A stretch of 64,000 nt of DNA from Lama glama (GCA_028534125.1 CM052816.1:17610001-17674000), one strand, 5' to 3'. Shown: positions 1 through 13,999, counted from the stretch's first letter. Notes: generated from the letters alone by a model not told the origin. Numbers and translations: made by a program.

Positions 1-2219
1 CTGCCAAGAGTAGTTCAGCCATCAGTTGGCTGTCAGGCAGCAGAAAAGGCTGTGATGAGCTGCTGCTGTTTTCACCTTAAGTGGCATCACAGATGGGCAT
101 GGACAATGGACGGTTAATTCTAAGGTGAGATCTTAATCTCGGGGGTCTCTGCAGGAATAATACATTCATGTTCTTTTTTCTTGCCAAGACATTTTCCTGC
201 TGTTTCTTTAGTTAGAGAATATGGATTATTTCCTGAGTTATGAAGACCCACTCTAGAAAAGGCAGGTGGGCATACCTTCCCAGCAGTCATGAAGCTAGCC
301 AACCCTGTGTGTGGGTGGCCAGATTTCTCCACTCTGATAGCATAGTACATTTTCTTCACAGCATCTCTGGCAATTATGCATTTTTTATTATTCCCCACCT
401 TACAGATGAGGACTTCGAGGCACAGCCTTGTTATTTGCTTGGCTCAAGGTTACACAGCTTGTATATAAAATTAAGGGTTATATTTAAAGAATGTACCAGG
501 CTATTGGGATAGGAAGCCCCGAGGGGCCATATAGAGAATTTGGGGAGGATTATTTCCTTTCTCTTTGTTGGGATGTTAAGAATCATTTTCTCAACATTGG
601 TGTCTTAATTTCCCTGATGGCCTAATGGAGGTAATTGTGTTGACTTTTGCCAGTGTCAGGGGGGATATTTAAGGCTTCATTATATTTAAGAATTTTTTAA
701 AATTTATTCTTATAGGTTAAGATTATGAAAATAAACTGCTACTATTTTATATCAGAAAAATACAGGTTTATAAAAAACTATTAGTTACATATTTTGACTA
801 ATATCAGTCTGCATTATTGGGATACACCGAACAATATTCATTGCAGCTGACACTAAGGATTTACCATGGGGCAGGCAGCCTATTAGGTGATAAACTCCTG
901 GAATCTTTAAAAGCAGCCTGTATGGTAGGCAGTTGTATGGTTCTCCTTTTAGTGTTAGGAAGTGGTGGAGTTGTGGCAGGGAATCAATCCGACTCATGAT
1001 TTTGTGTTCTTAACCATAGTGCTCTGTCCCTCCCACACCAGAAAGCATAACACTTGGGCTCTTTGAAGGTTCTATTTAAGTCAGTGATGAATGCAAATGA
1101 TTATTTTTCAGAATTCAGGTGAAGTGTATTCAGAGTGTGGCTCTTTTAGACAATGTCATCCCCAATAATGAGGTTTAATGCAATGTGTATTAAAATGCAC
1201 CCCATGTGAGGGCATCCTGAAAGAAATTACTTGGTTGATTTTTACAGTGGGCAGAAACACAATGGAATGATAGACGACATGAATTCAGGTAATCTCTGGA
1301 TTAAAATTCTGAGCAGTCAAAGGGCATCTTGCACAAAAGGTTGAATTTCCTGATAAGCTCCAAATTATATTCCCACCTTATTTAAGAATATGTGTTGGCA
1401 GGTTTAACAAGATCTTGGCACATTCTAATTTGAGATTTATTACAAGATGTGTGCATGTTTAATAGGGGCTTAATTATTCATATCCACATCTTCCTGACAC
1501 TAACTTACTTCAGCTGTAGATAAATTCCTGCTACATGGGGAAATACTGGCTTCTACTGTTGGCAAAAAAAAATACAGTGAATGGAAAATCGAATGCATAT
1601 GCAAGAAATTACCTAGGATAATCAGCTCCACTCAGGTAGGAGATTTGAGTGAGTAGGTGCCCATGTTCCTTGTAGGGCATTACCTAGAGGGCTCCTATAT
1701 GCCTCTGAACTCCAAGACCCCGTGTCATGGAAAGAGCTCACATTCTGGAGTCAGGCTTAGTGGAGGTCAGTTCCAGTTATGTCCTAATGATTGTGTGCCC
1801 TTGGGCTGATTTGATTTCCCAAAGTGTCTAGGCCTCAGCTTTTTTGCATATGAAGGAGGGTACCTGTGCTTCTCTCAAATGGTTGATGCTAGGATGAATC
1901 CAAACATTTGTCAAATAAGGAGCAAAGCGCATGGTATGGGGAGCACCAGATGGAAGCTGCCTTCCTTTCATTTTCTCTCCTCCCATCATCCACTCCTTTG
2001 AATCCATCTAGCCAAAGCTCTTGAAGAAAATACAGTGATCATTGTTTTCTATAGAAAATAGAAAGAAATATGAATCAATGAGATGCTCCTGAAAATGTAG
2101 GGAAAGAGGTACTCCTGGATGCTGCAGGTGAGTGTGAATTGGTGCAGTCTTTTTAGAGGTCAACTTGTTGATACCCAGCAGAAGAAAAGGCCCCAGGGCC
2201 TTGGCACTTGCTATTTCCA

Positions 2220-2530
2220 GTCTGGAGTGCTTTATTCACACTTGTCTGCATGGCTGGCTCACTCTTTATTTCAGGCCTTGGCTTTGGCATGACTTTCTCA
2301 GCCTAACTACCCCATGTAAACTAGCACCACTTGTCACTCTATAGATGTCTTACCCTTCCTTGTTTTCTCCGTAGTTCTTACCTCTCCATGACTGTTGCAT
2401 CTCCATACCACTCACAAAGGGGAGTCACGAAGGCAGGGTCTCTGATTTGTTCCGTGCTGTGTACCCAGTGCTGACTGCAGTGATGTGTCTGGCCTAGAGT
2501 GGGTGTTTGATAAATAATTGCTGAATGATA
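2220..2530 (+). mobile_element. LINE-2 3' fragment
   Basis: ggcagggtctctgatttgttccgtgctgtgtacccagtg..ataaataattgctgaatga tail. Confidence 0.7.
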
Positions 2531-3315
2531 CAGTTAAAAGTTACTCCCTTGAGGTTCTCTTGGGGCAAACATTCCACAGAGCTAGGGTATTAGCTCTTAG
2601 CAGCATACATGCAATTAGTTTGAGCAGAGACAGAGATGTGACAGACACTAAAAGAAGTGTCTCTACTGAGATCTGGCTGCCCTGACAAGGAGCAGGTCTG
2701 GTACTTTGTCCTGGTCTCAAAGAGCTAAGGACAGTGAACCCAGTGGCCAGAAACCTTGTGGCTTGTCAATGCCAGAAAGGTGACATTTCCCTTACTTGAA
2801 AAGGGGTGTCATGCAAAGGAGGGCTTAGGTTTTTTCATGTGTCAGTGACATATACGGAGAGAGAATACCGTAACTGATTGATAAATAGTGTTTTTAATGA
2901 AGATATTTTATTTTCACTATTTTAAATTACACAATTAAGTCATTAATGTTTTTCTTTTGAAAGACTGTAACATTACTCCCAAGGCTAACGGACGTTGACC
3001 ACCTCTTACCCAGTTGCCCCCATCTTCTCCCTCTCCCCCCAAGAATGTCAGTGCTGTTACCAGTTTGCCATCTCTATATCCAGACATACTTCTTTTGTAT
3101 TTACATACATGTATATCAGACTCAAGGTCTGCAAGTGGATTGATAAACATCAAGCTTTCTGGATGGGTGCTGATCCTTCATTTTGCTTTAGGGTTGGAAC
3201 CATAGAACTTCTATATGGTGGTGCCTTGTTCTTCGACCTTTGGAAGCTGAATTTAGGATGGAGAAACCTGCTTGTGAAATGTTTTGGGGTTCAGCTTAGA
3301 CAGGAATTACTGTTT

Positions 3316-6300
3316 CTGTTTTTTACTGTGCTAAAAATGTGTAACTTGAAATATACCTTATGTGCATTTTCAGTGTACAGTATAGTATTCCCTACATGCA
3401 TGTTGTTGAACAGCAGAGCTCTAGAACTTCTTTGTCTTGTGTGACTGAAACTCTGTACCTACTGAATAGAAGTTCCCATGCGTCCCTTCCGCCAGTCCCT
3501 GGCAACCATCCTAATTCATGCTTCTAAGGTTTGACTACTTTAGATACCTCAAAAGTAGAATTATGCAGTGTTTGTCCTCTATGACTAGCTTATTTCACTT
3601 AGCATAATGTCCTGAAGGTTCACCTCACTAGGGAGGGTCATGTGATTTTTATCCTTCATTCTGTCAGTCACATTGATTGGTTTTTATTTGTTGAATCATT
3701 CTTGCAGCTGAGGGATAATCAGCACTTACTATGTGATCCTTTTCATGTGCAGTTAAATTCAGGTTGCTAGTATTTTGTTTAGGATTTTTGCATCTATATT
3801 CATCACTTACATTGGCCTATAGTTTGATTTTCTTGTATTATCTTTGTGTGACGTTGGTATCAGGGTAATGCTGGCCTTATAAAATGAGTTTGGAAGAAGT
3901 GTTCCTATTCAGTATTTTGGAAGAGTTTGAGAAGGATTGGCATTAATTCTTCTTTAAATGTTTGGAATTCTCTAGCAAAGCCATCTGGTTCTGGGGTTTT
4001 CTTTGAGGGAAGGTTTTGATTACTGATTTAGTCTTCCTACTCATAGATCTGTTCAGATTTTCTGTTTCTTCATAATTCAGTCTTGCTAGGTTGTGTGTTT
4101 CTAGGAATTTTTCTGTTTAATTTAAGTTTTGGCTTTTGACTATTGACAGTATTCTCTTACAATCTTTATTTCTATAAAATTCATGGTAATGTATCCTACT
4201 TTTATTTCTGATTTTACTAACTGAGTTTCTTTTTCTTTCTTTTTCTTTTTTTTTTTTGCTTAGCTAAAGGCTTGTCAAGTTTGTTGATCTTTCCCCAAAA
4301 CCAACTTAGTTTCATTGATTTTTTTTCAGTTATTCTCTTCTTCTCTATTCTATTTATTTCTGTTCTAATAGTTATTTTGTTCCTTCCGCTAACTTTGAGC
4401 TTAATTTTTTTCCTAGTTCCTTGCTGTATAATGTTAGGTTGTTTATTTGAGCTTTTGCTTCTTTTTTAAACCAGGTATTTACTGCTATAAGCTTTGCTTT
4501 TAGTATTACTTTTGCTGTACCCCGTAAGTTTTGGTATGCATTTTCTGGGTCAAGGTATTTTCTGATTTCCTTTTTGATGTCTTTGACCCATTGTTTGTTG
4601 TATTGTTTAGTTTCCACACATTTTTAAATTTTCTATTTTTCTTTCTGCTATTCACTTCTAGATTAACTCCATTGTGATTAAAAAAGATACTTCATATGGT
4701 TTCAGACTTCTTAAATTTGTTGACTAACATGTTATCTGTCCTTAAGACTATTCCGTGTGCTGTTGAGAAGAATGTATATTCTGTTCTTGTTGGGTAGGAT
4801 GTTCTATATATGTCTTTTAGATTCATTTGGTCTATAGTGTTGGTCAGTTCTATTTTTTATTGATCTTCATTCTGGATGATTTATCCATTTTTGAAACTAG
4901 AGTATTAAGATCTGTTTATATTATCATATTGCTGCTTTTTCCTTCAATTCTGTCAATATTTGTTTCATATATTTGATTTCTCTGATGTTGATGCATATAC
5001 AATCATCCTTCAGTATCCACGAGCTCCCATATATTCCAAAATCTGTGGGTGCTCAAGTCCCTTATATAAAATAGCATAGTACAATTAATACAGTCTACCC
5101 TTTGTATCCATAGGTTTCACCTCTGCAGACTGAACCAACTGTGGATGGAAATTTCAGTCCACGGTTGAGTTTGTTGAATCCGTGGATGCAGACATAGAGG
5201 ACGAGCTGTATATTTATTAAAAAAAAAAATCTGTGTATGAATGGACCTGCATGATTCAAATCCATGTTGTCTGAGGGTCAACTGTATATTTGTAATTGTT
5301 TTTTCATCCTGGTGAATTGACTTTTTTATCATTATATAGAGTCTTTCCTTGTCTCTTTTGATACTTTTTATCTCAATGTCTTTATTTTGTATGATTAAGT
5401 ATGATCATCTATGTTCTCTTTTGGTTCCCATTTGTGTAGAATATCTTTTTTCATCCTTCAGCATTCAGCCTGTGTGTCCTTAAACCTTGAGTGAGTCTCT
5501 TTTAGACAGCATATTGTTGTATTAAAAAAAAATCTATTTAGAGACTGTCTTTTTGATCAGGGAGTTTAAATTCATTTATACTTAAAGCAATTACTCACAG
5601 GGGAGGCCTTAATATTGCCATTTAAAAATTGTTTTTCTTTCTTGTAGCCTTTTTGTCCCTGTTTTCCTCTCTTGGTATATCTTGTTTTTGTTTCATTAAA
5701 ATTTTTTTTTGTATTGAGATGCTTTGATTCCTTTCTCAGATAATTTCTTTGTGATCATTGTAGGACTTAAATAAAACATAATGATAATCTATTTTGAGCT
5801 CATAACTTCAGTCACATACAAAAAGTCTACTCTTTTATTTCTTCCACAGTGTACTTTGTATTATTGGTGTTATAAATTAAATCTTTTTATATAGTGCATT
5901 CATTAACTTATTTTTTTTGTTATTTTGTCTTTTAATTCTTATATCAGAATTAAAGATTATGTATGCACCATCATTGCAGTAGTATAGTATTCTGTATTTG
6001 TGTATAAATTGACTCTTGCTGGTGAGATTTATACTTTGATATGCTTTCTTGTTGCTGTATACCATCCTTTCATTTCAGCTTTCATTTCAACTTGAAGGAC
6101 TCCCTTTAGCTTTTGTTTTAGCACAGATCTAGTGGTGATAAACTCCTTCAGCTTTTGTTTGTCTCACAAAGTCTTTATTTTTCCTTCATTTTTGAAGGAC
6201 AGTTTTGGTTGATATAGTATTCTTGGTTAGCAGTTTTATTCTTTGAGCTTTTGAAATATAGTATCCAACTGCCTTCTGGCCTGCAAGGTTTCTACTGAGA

Positions 6301-7911
6301 AATCCACTGATAGTCTCATGGGAGTTCCTTTGTACATCATGAGTCAATTCTCTCTTGATGCTTTCAACCTTCTTTGATTTTTGACAGTTTGATTATAATG
6401 TGTCTTTGTGGACTCCTTTGGATTCATGTTTCTGGGCTCTTTTGGACTTCTTGAATCTTGGATGTCCATTTCTTTCCCCAGTTGGGAAGTTTTCAGCTGT
6501 AATTTCTTCAAATAAGCTTTCTGGTCCTTTCTCTCTTTTGTTTTGGGAATACTACAATGTGTATATTGATCATCTTCTTACTGTCTCATAACTCCATCAG
6601 GCTTTCTTCACTCTTTTCCATTGTTGTTATCTTTTACTATTTGCTCCTCTAACTGGATAATTTCAAATGACTTCTCTTTAAATTCTCCGATCTTTTTTTC
6701 TGCTTGATCAAATCTGCTATTGAACCTTTCTAGTGAATTTTTCAATTTATGTGTTATGTCTTTCAGTTCCAGAATTTTGACTTGGCTTTTCTTAAAATTC
6801 TCTGTCTCTTTGTTGATACTCTCATTTTGTTCATGCATCATTTTCCTGAGCTTGTTGAGCATCTTTATGGTGGTTGTATTGAATTCATATACCTCTATTT
6901 TTTGTGGGTTGGTTTCTGGAGATTTATTTTGTTCCTTTGGTTGGGCCGTGTTTCTTCATGTGACTAGTAACTTTGTGTTGGGATGTGCATATTTGAAATA
7001 AACACTCATTTCTCTCAATCTTTACACACCACATTCTATAGGGAAAGACTGTAATCAATCAACCAGGCTGAATATTTGGGGAGCCTCTCAAACCTTTTCT
7101 GGGCATGTGTAATCTCTGGGCTTGTGCATACAATTTCCCAGTTAGAGAAGTTTGCCAGTTTCTTTTCCAGCAGTTAGTTGTCTCTTGATCCTTCTCATGT
7201 GTGTCTGTGGCACTGCAGGTTCTCTGGCACTGCTACAAGCCACTGAGCACTGTTTTGTCTCTGTGGCCCCCTGGTACCCAAATTGTGCCATTTCTGTCAG
7301 TGCTCTGAGTCATGTGAGTCAGAAACCAGTCCCTCAGGCAGCCCTCTGAAAAGCTAGAATGTTTGATGTGTGTTTCACTGTTTTCTTCTCCCAAGGGAGG
7401 AGCCACAAGCTGGGCGGTTTCTCCCCAGTTGCAGCGAGCTGTGTTGGTTTCTCTTTGCAGTGTTACAGGTTCTCTGGTGTTGCCACAAGCTGCTGAACTC
7501 TTCTTTGTTCTCTGCTGCTCCCAGGCATCCAAGGTATGCTGTTCCTCATCAGTGCTCTGAGTTAGGTGAGACAGAAGCCGCTCCCTTGAGCGGCCCGCCA
7601 AAAGCCAGACCGCTGATGTATGTTCCACTGTTCACTCTCCCTTCCAAGGGAAAAGCTACAGATTGGGGTTTTCCTCCCAATTGTGAGCAGTACCAAGTCT
7701 AGGGAGGGGCTGACATGGCTGTAATGAAATGACTTTTATTACCCCTTTTAATGCATTTCTTTTTGGCTTTTAGCTTGCCTGGGGTACTATGACTTTCTGA
7801 TTGATTTATGGAGTTCTTATAAAGGCTTTTTGGACCCTCTGTTGTTCTTAAGTTGGATTTTCTGTCAGGAAATGAAGTCTTAGACTTTGTTTTGCCATCT
7901 TGCTGATGTCA
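3316..7911 (-). mobile_element. Old LINE-1 (L1M/L1MA-like) with both termini, internally deleted in the 3' half of ORF2
   Basis: 3'UTR-like 3320-3625. ORF2 remnants (MNIDAKILNKILA-like at ~3760-3805; ORF 4372..4617 WVKDIKKEIRKYL..YQNL; EN-like MIKKSIHQDE at 5332). ORF1 coiled coil 6608..6862. 5' terminal CAAGATGGC (YY1-type) at 7894-7902. Confidence 0.9.
5000..5284. mobile_element. TcMar-Tigger non-autonomous element (MER2/Tigger2-like) nested in L1 ORF2
   Basis: Flanked by TA at 4998-4999 and 5285-5286. Contains gctcaagtcccttatataaaat (MER2-like) and ends gagggtcaactg. The L1 sequence resumes on both sides. Confidence 0.85.
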
Positions 7912-10900
7912 CTTGAACACAAAGTATTGTTTTATGGCATTTCCTAAAATCGTAACCCACCATTACTCTTAGTGGTGTCATAGTAGTTTTATAATTTATG
8001 CCTTCCAGGAAACCATTTTACAAGTATTAAAAAGACTTTCTTTTCAGGGGATGTCAATCTTCTACCTATAATGAGCAATAAACATATTGGAAAAAATGTG
8101 TTGAAAGAAGGAAAGGGGTAATAAATGGCTTGAAATTAATAGGTATTTCATCCAACACTAGCCATAGAGCGTGACTTGCAAATCAATTGAAGGCCAAAGG
8201 AGAGCTGAATTGTTGAACTCTCTCTGGGTTTTTACTTACAGAGATTTTCCTCCAAATGTAGTTTATCTCGGAGTCCATGAGTCCTCAGTTCTTTGGGGAG
8301 AAGCAGCTTAAAATTCAGCCAGGTACTTTTCATGATGTCTCAAACAGGCTCCATAACCTTTGTGATATACAGCCTTGGAGTTTGTGTGCACCTCCTCTTT
8401 TCTGTAAGGCAGAGAGATTTAGCAATCTTTAACTGCTGGGGTGGAGAAAGTGACTTATTACATTTCTGAGCCTATAGCTGCATCGGTTGGCAAATTTTAG
8501 GGGCAAAAATGTGACTTGTAAGCCTGGTAGAATGGTGTTCATGAGACCTCCTCTGTGACTGAGCAAGGCTGCAGATGAGTGAAGTTTTATTTCCTGCAGA
8601 GAAGCAGGTGAATCGATCACCAAGCCCAAATTACTGAGTGTCTTTGTGCTCAGTGGCGTGTTTTGGGGTTAGGAAGAAGTTTTACCTCGACCAGGGGATG
8701 TCCAGAATGGGCCTGCTCTGTGCTTCCCCATGCGTACTCTGGTTCTTATGAGTCCTAGCTTTTCTCTAAGTACCTTACTTATAACAGAGGGAATAGTCTG
8801 CAGTAGGCAGTGCTTGTTTCATCTTTGATTTCCTGTTTTGTCAGGGGTGGTTTTCCTGGTGACATCCTGAATCTGTTTCTTTACCGACTTCAGATCCCCT
8901 GGGGCAACTAGACAGTTATCTGGTTCATCACTCAGCAGAGACCTAGTTATAGGGAGAAACCACCTTGAGCCCTCTTATCTCTTCTCAAGGCACTGAGAGC
9001 GGTTCCTGGGAGAGAGCGGAGAAGACAGAGCCTCGCAAGATGATCCAGTGGTCCTTTGCTGTTGTTGCCTGGAAATAGGAATTCTGCTTGTATTCTAGAC
9101 AAAAGGGCCATACTTTTTTTTTTTATAATTTAAAGACACTTATTTCTTTCTTTTCAGGTAGCTGACAGCTAGCAATTTAAATGAGCTAGGTTTATGGATG
9201 GTTGCAGAAATCCTCCTCACTCACACCCAGTATCTATCCATCAGGCATCGTGCAGCACTTTACTGCGGAGGCTACAGGGGGACAGTGCATCAGAATTGCC
9301 CCACTGGAATGTTATGATAGAAGAAGAGAGGACTAGATTACATATCTATGTGGTCTTTGAAAATGCAGTGGGACAGGAAGATTGCTTGTAACGTATGGAG
9401 TTACATTAAGTGACTATTAACCTTCACTGCTTGCAAATGTCTGGTGAATACGTTTGTGCCTGTGTGTGTTGTGTGGCTTGAAAAATTAATGAGACTTTTC
9501 AAATAATAAAATTAAAAGTATTTGTTACCCTGGTGAGCTATCAAAAGAGAACTAGAGACAACTCACAAAAATAAAGTGTCTACCAAGGTAAAGAAAAATA
9601 TAAATTGCTGGGGTGTTGGGCCTGGAATTATAGCTAAATGTAGATCTTGGAAGTTAGCTTCATTTGATGGAGTAAAAGAAGAGAAAATATTGTAACTTGG
9701 TTTCATTAGTGGATTATGATTGGTGAATTACCTCTTTGGTCATAATTGCATCATATGCTGGTGGAAGGAGGCATCCTTTGCAGTCATGTTTTATTTCCGT
9801 GGGTGTTAGACTTTCCTCCCGCCTCTGACTTGTTGGGTTGGTTTGCCTGCCAGACATGATGAACGGTACCTGCTGACCAGAACCTTCACTTCCTGAAACA
9901 GGATGTTTTGAAGATGCTCATTTGACTAACATAGTTTGATCTACTGTAGGTTCAATCACAGTTAAATTTTTAATTTTTTAAACATTCTCACCCGACTTTC
10001 ATAAAGGTCACCCTCCATCCATTGTTTTGGAACTCACCCATTCCTGATAAGCTGAAGGCCATGTTCTTCCTAGTATCCTGCCCTGCGCCACAGCAGCACG
10101 AGTATGGGTCAGGGACAAATCCTTGGAGTCCCTGAAGGTCAGAGACCATGAGTTCTCCCTGCCCTCATTCTATGGCTGTGGGATGGGAGGGATGAGAAGG
10201 TAAGAGTTTCCAGCAATTTCACTGGAGGGACTAGCAAAACAGAGGTCTTTTCTGCTTCAGTTATAAGATTTTTTTCTGAAGACTTAATTTATCTAGTAGA
10301 AGCCGGGGAGGGAAACAAGGGCTGTAGATTGGTGACGGAGGTTCTCTGGAGGAGGTCAGCATTCAGCTCTGCCAGCAGAGCCGTCCCGCCTCCTCCGCCA
10401 TGCAGCACATGAGGGAGTAGCTGTGTTATACCCAGAGGCCTCTGAAAAAGGTGGGCTGATTTCTCTTCCTGGCCCAGTGACCATTCAAAGACCTTGCCAA
10501 CGTGGACAAAAGCATAATCCTCAGAGGGATCCACAGTGTCCCCCGTCTCCTGTGACAGGGCACTGTGGGGCTTCTAGCTCTTCAGCGTGTCTCCTCCGAA
10601 GGCTACTCGGTATTCTCTGGTGGGTGTGTGGCCGGCCCGTGCCAAGCGCAGAAACCATGCTATTCTAATTGTGAAATGAGAAAAACCACACGTTGTGAGT
10701 TAGGCTAATCGATCTGTAGAGTTCTGGTTTCCTGCAATTTAAGACTCTGTCCCGGGCATGAATGAAATATTCAAAGGGCAGAGGAGCCAGAGGTGAAACC
10801 TACAGGGGAAAAAAATCATTAGAATAAGGCTTGGTGTGTACAGTTTGGAATTCCAAGGATTGGAAGGCCATCGCATCTGTTCACACCTCTGTGGCCATGG

Positions 10901-11179
10901 CCAAGTTGTTAGTAATGAGCTGTGTGGGCCCTGGGTCCTGGCCAGGGACCTCAGAACCGGCAGAGAAGGGAGGAAGGCTGGGGACTCCTCTGCCTTAGGT
11001 CTTCAGGACCAAAGCTTCTGTCTCCGATTTTTTGGAATCGCAATTCCAAGCATCAGTGGGGTATTCTCATTACATGGCCGAAAGAAAGGATGACTCCAAG
11101 TGCCTAGGAATGAAAACCAGAAGTTGTTTTTTGAAAAGGAGAGGACTGGCTTGAGCTAGCTGAGCCTCCCCGATGACAG

Positions 11180-11340
11180 CCTTGCATCTCAGAATGCGCT
11201 CTGCTTTCCAGTTCATCCCCGAAGCTTATTAGAAATACGGACCGACTCTCAAGCTCCACGTCAGCCCTACTGAATCAAAATCTGCATTTTAAGCATATTC
11301 CTCAGGGATTTGAAGACACAGAAAAGTCTGACAGGCACTG
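11180..11340. mobile_element. MER5A-like hAT-Charlie MITE
   Basis: cctactgaatcaaaatctgcattttaagcatattcctcagggatt. Confidence 0.75.
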
Positions 11341-13999
11341 AGGGACAGGTGAGCTATTGCATTCATAAAGCAAATTTTAAGGGAACCTAGCCTGACCACC
11401 CTGCTCATGCTGGACACAGAGGAGACAGACACAGTGCCTGGTCTTAAGGAGTTTACCATCTAGAGGGGGAAGAAGGCAAATAGTCCTAAAACAAGATAAA
11501 CTGATCACATCAGTGTATTCTGAGAGCCTCAAGCCTTCAAGGCAGCAGGGTGCTGCCTGGTGTGCTTTGGTGGCAAGGGTCCTGGCGTGGAGGACTTGTT
11601 TTCCTCCTGTGTAAAGCAGAGGGGCCCCAGGGGAAGTGCTAAGCCTCTCTTAACTTCTGTTTTCTTGTGTACAAAATGCAGGGGAAAAGCATTATAGACT
11701 TCCCAGGCTCCGATCATTCAGTAGAAGTCTGTTGAACATCTACTCTATACCCCCAACCATACTTGGTGTAGAGTTGAAGACAGATCACAGCTCACAGCCT
11801 CCTGGGGATGACAGATGGTATGAAGAGGGAATTATAGTACGGTGGAATATGAATTGGGCAGGGACACTGAGCATTAGAGATATATGTCCAGCTGATGATG
11901 GAAAAGCTGGCCTGGCCCAGGTTCACCATTATCTGTTTAGCCCTAGTCATTCCCATCTACTCGTAAGTAGGCATTTCTGGTGTGTGAACCCTTTCAGCCC
12001 AGTCCTGCTGCTTGAGATTTGAGGGGGCTGAGTTTGAATTTGGAGCCACATCCTAGGGGATTTTCTAGGCAGTTTTTGCAGCGAGATGTGTCTTGGAGCC
12101 CTTTGAAAAAGAAGCGCCCTAAAGAAATAGCATATGAAGGCAGTGACGTGTTGAGAAATGAAAGGGTCTCCACATTTTAAAATACCCAAGTACCTGCTTT
12201 TTCTGATTTGGTATAGAAATGGAAGACTAACTTTTGTCAGACAGGAGCACCTAATTAATTCAGACGAGCTAAGTAAATGAGAGCACAGGCCTCTGCTGCG
12301 ATCCTAGACAGCCACTCAGATGATGCTGTAGAATATGTAATGACACGGAGAGAAGTTCATGCTTTATTAAGTGTCAAAAGCAGGTTACAAAAGAGTGGGT
12401 GCAGAATTACCCTATTCTCTTGTAATGTAGAAAAAGTATAGAAGACAACTGACAAGACAGGCATCACCTGTGAACAGGGGCTCTTCCTGGAGTTCACTTT
12501 GCAGGTGATGGTGATTTTTTCTTACTTTTACATGTATGTTAACTTTTAGTATACATGTGATATTACTCAAATACTAGAGAGAGAAAAGCAAGAAAAGTAT
12601 GTGTGTGTAGAAAGATTAGACTTGAGAAAAGAGGAAAGGAGTTGGTATTTGGAAGTTATTTAAAAGTATGTTGGACCAATGGCTCCGCTTATAGATGAAG
12701 AAACTGAGATTCAGCACAGTGGGAATAACCTTGTCTGTTCTCCAGGCTTGTTGTAGTTATCAAATGAGAACATCTTTGTAAAGAATCTAAGACATGAGTA
12801 CTTTTGAATTCTTTTTCCAGAGGCTTTTAGTATACAGCCAGGACTGAATACCAACCATTAGCTGGGGCCCAGGAATAACCATCAATTTAGCACCCTTCTC
12901 CTTGCTTCTCCAACAACACCCCTTCCCCTCCAAAAAACCAGAATTTAAGGTGGTACTTAGCACATAGTAAGTCATAGAAAATGATGAGCCATCATTTTCT
13001 GAAATCAGGAAATTACAGTAAAACCATGACATTCAGAAGCAAATGGGAAAAAGAAATGACTTTGAATTTGTCCCTTTGGATTAGCTAAGTTTGTTCGGCC
13101 AACACCAGAGGCTCTGTCTTATGGCCTGAGAGATTACTGTCTGCTTTGAAACATGTGCTTTTTAACATGAAAACAACATAGATTTCTAGACCAGCCTGTA
13201 GGAGGTTTGTTCCTGAATGAGCGGAGGGATCCCTGAGGCCTGTCCTCTCGCGAGGAGTGCCTGTGTTCCGGAACAGAGCGATCCTTCTGTTCCCTACTCA
13301 TAAGCGCAGAATTGATTTTAACGCTGTGTCTTACCTGCATCTGGAAGAGGCAGCTTTTTCTCACATTCAGCCTCATAGCCTCTCATTTCCTGGGTTGCTT
13401 TTGCAGTATTTCATGGACATTACTCAGGAGAAAATAGCCGGTAATGTTTGCTAAATTATTAATTCATTAATAAACCCATTAAACTGGAGCTGCTTTGCAG
13501 TAATGAATGATGGAGGCCCAGTCTCCACTGGTACTGTCATTCCCAGGCACGGATTTCCATGGCTGTGGAATGGGGCAGGGCTGGGGGAAATGCTGATGAA
13601 TTGTTGGATGACACAGCTACATAGTAGATTTTTGTGCAAATTCTCCTTTCATCGCAGAAAGACAGCTCCGCCGAGGCCAGCTCATCAAATTTATGTTACT
13701 GTTTTGATGATTAATGATTCCAGCGTGTTGATCCACCCAGTTTTCTTGAAAACAATTATTTCAACTGTAATCTCCCCTGGGGAATGGCTTCTTATGGTTA
13801 ATAAATCAGTAGACAATATAAAATTCTTAAATGAAGATGACACTTGCGTGGTTCCACCTGAGTGCCGTTATGTTGTGGTGTTTATAATTGCAGTGAGGTT
13901 GGCTTGCTTTTTTTCATGAGCTGAGAGAAGACTTGGTGTCATCCATTTAAATGGAAGGGATGGAGGCTAATATTGTAGCATCCTTCCCTGCCAGGAGCT

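Noticed and set aside
6608..6862. Coiled-coil ORF
   Set aside because: Fragment of decayed L1 ORF1p, not a host gene.
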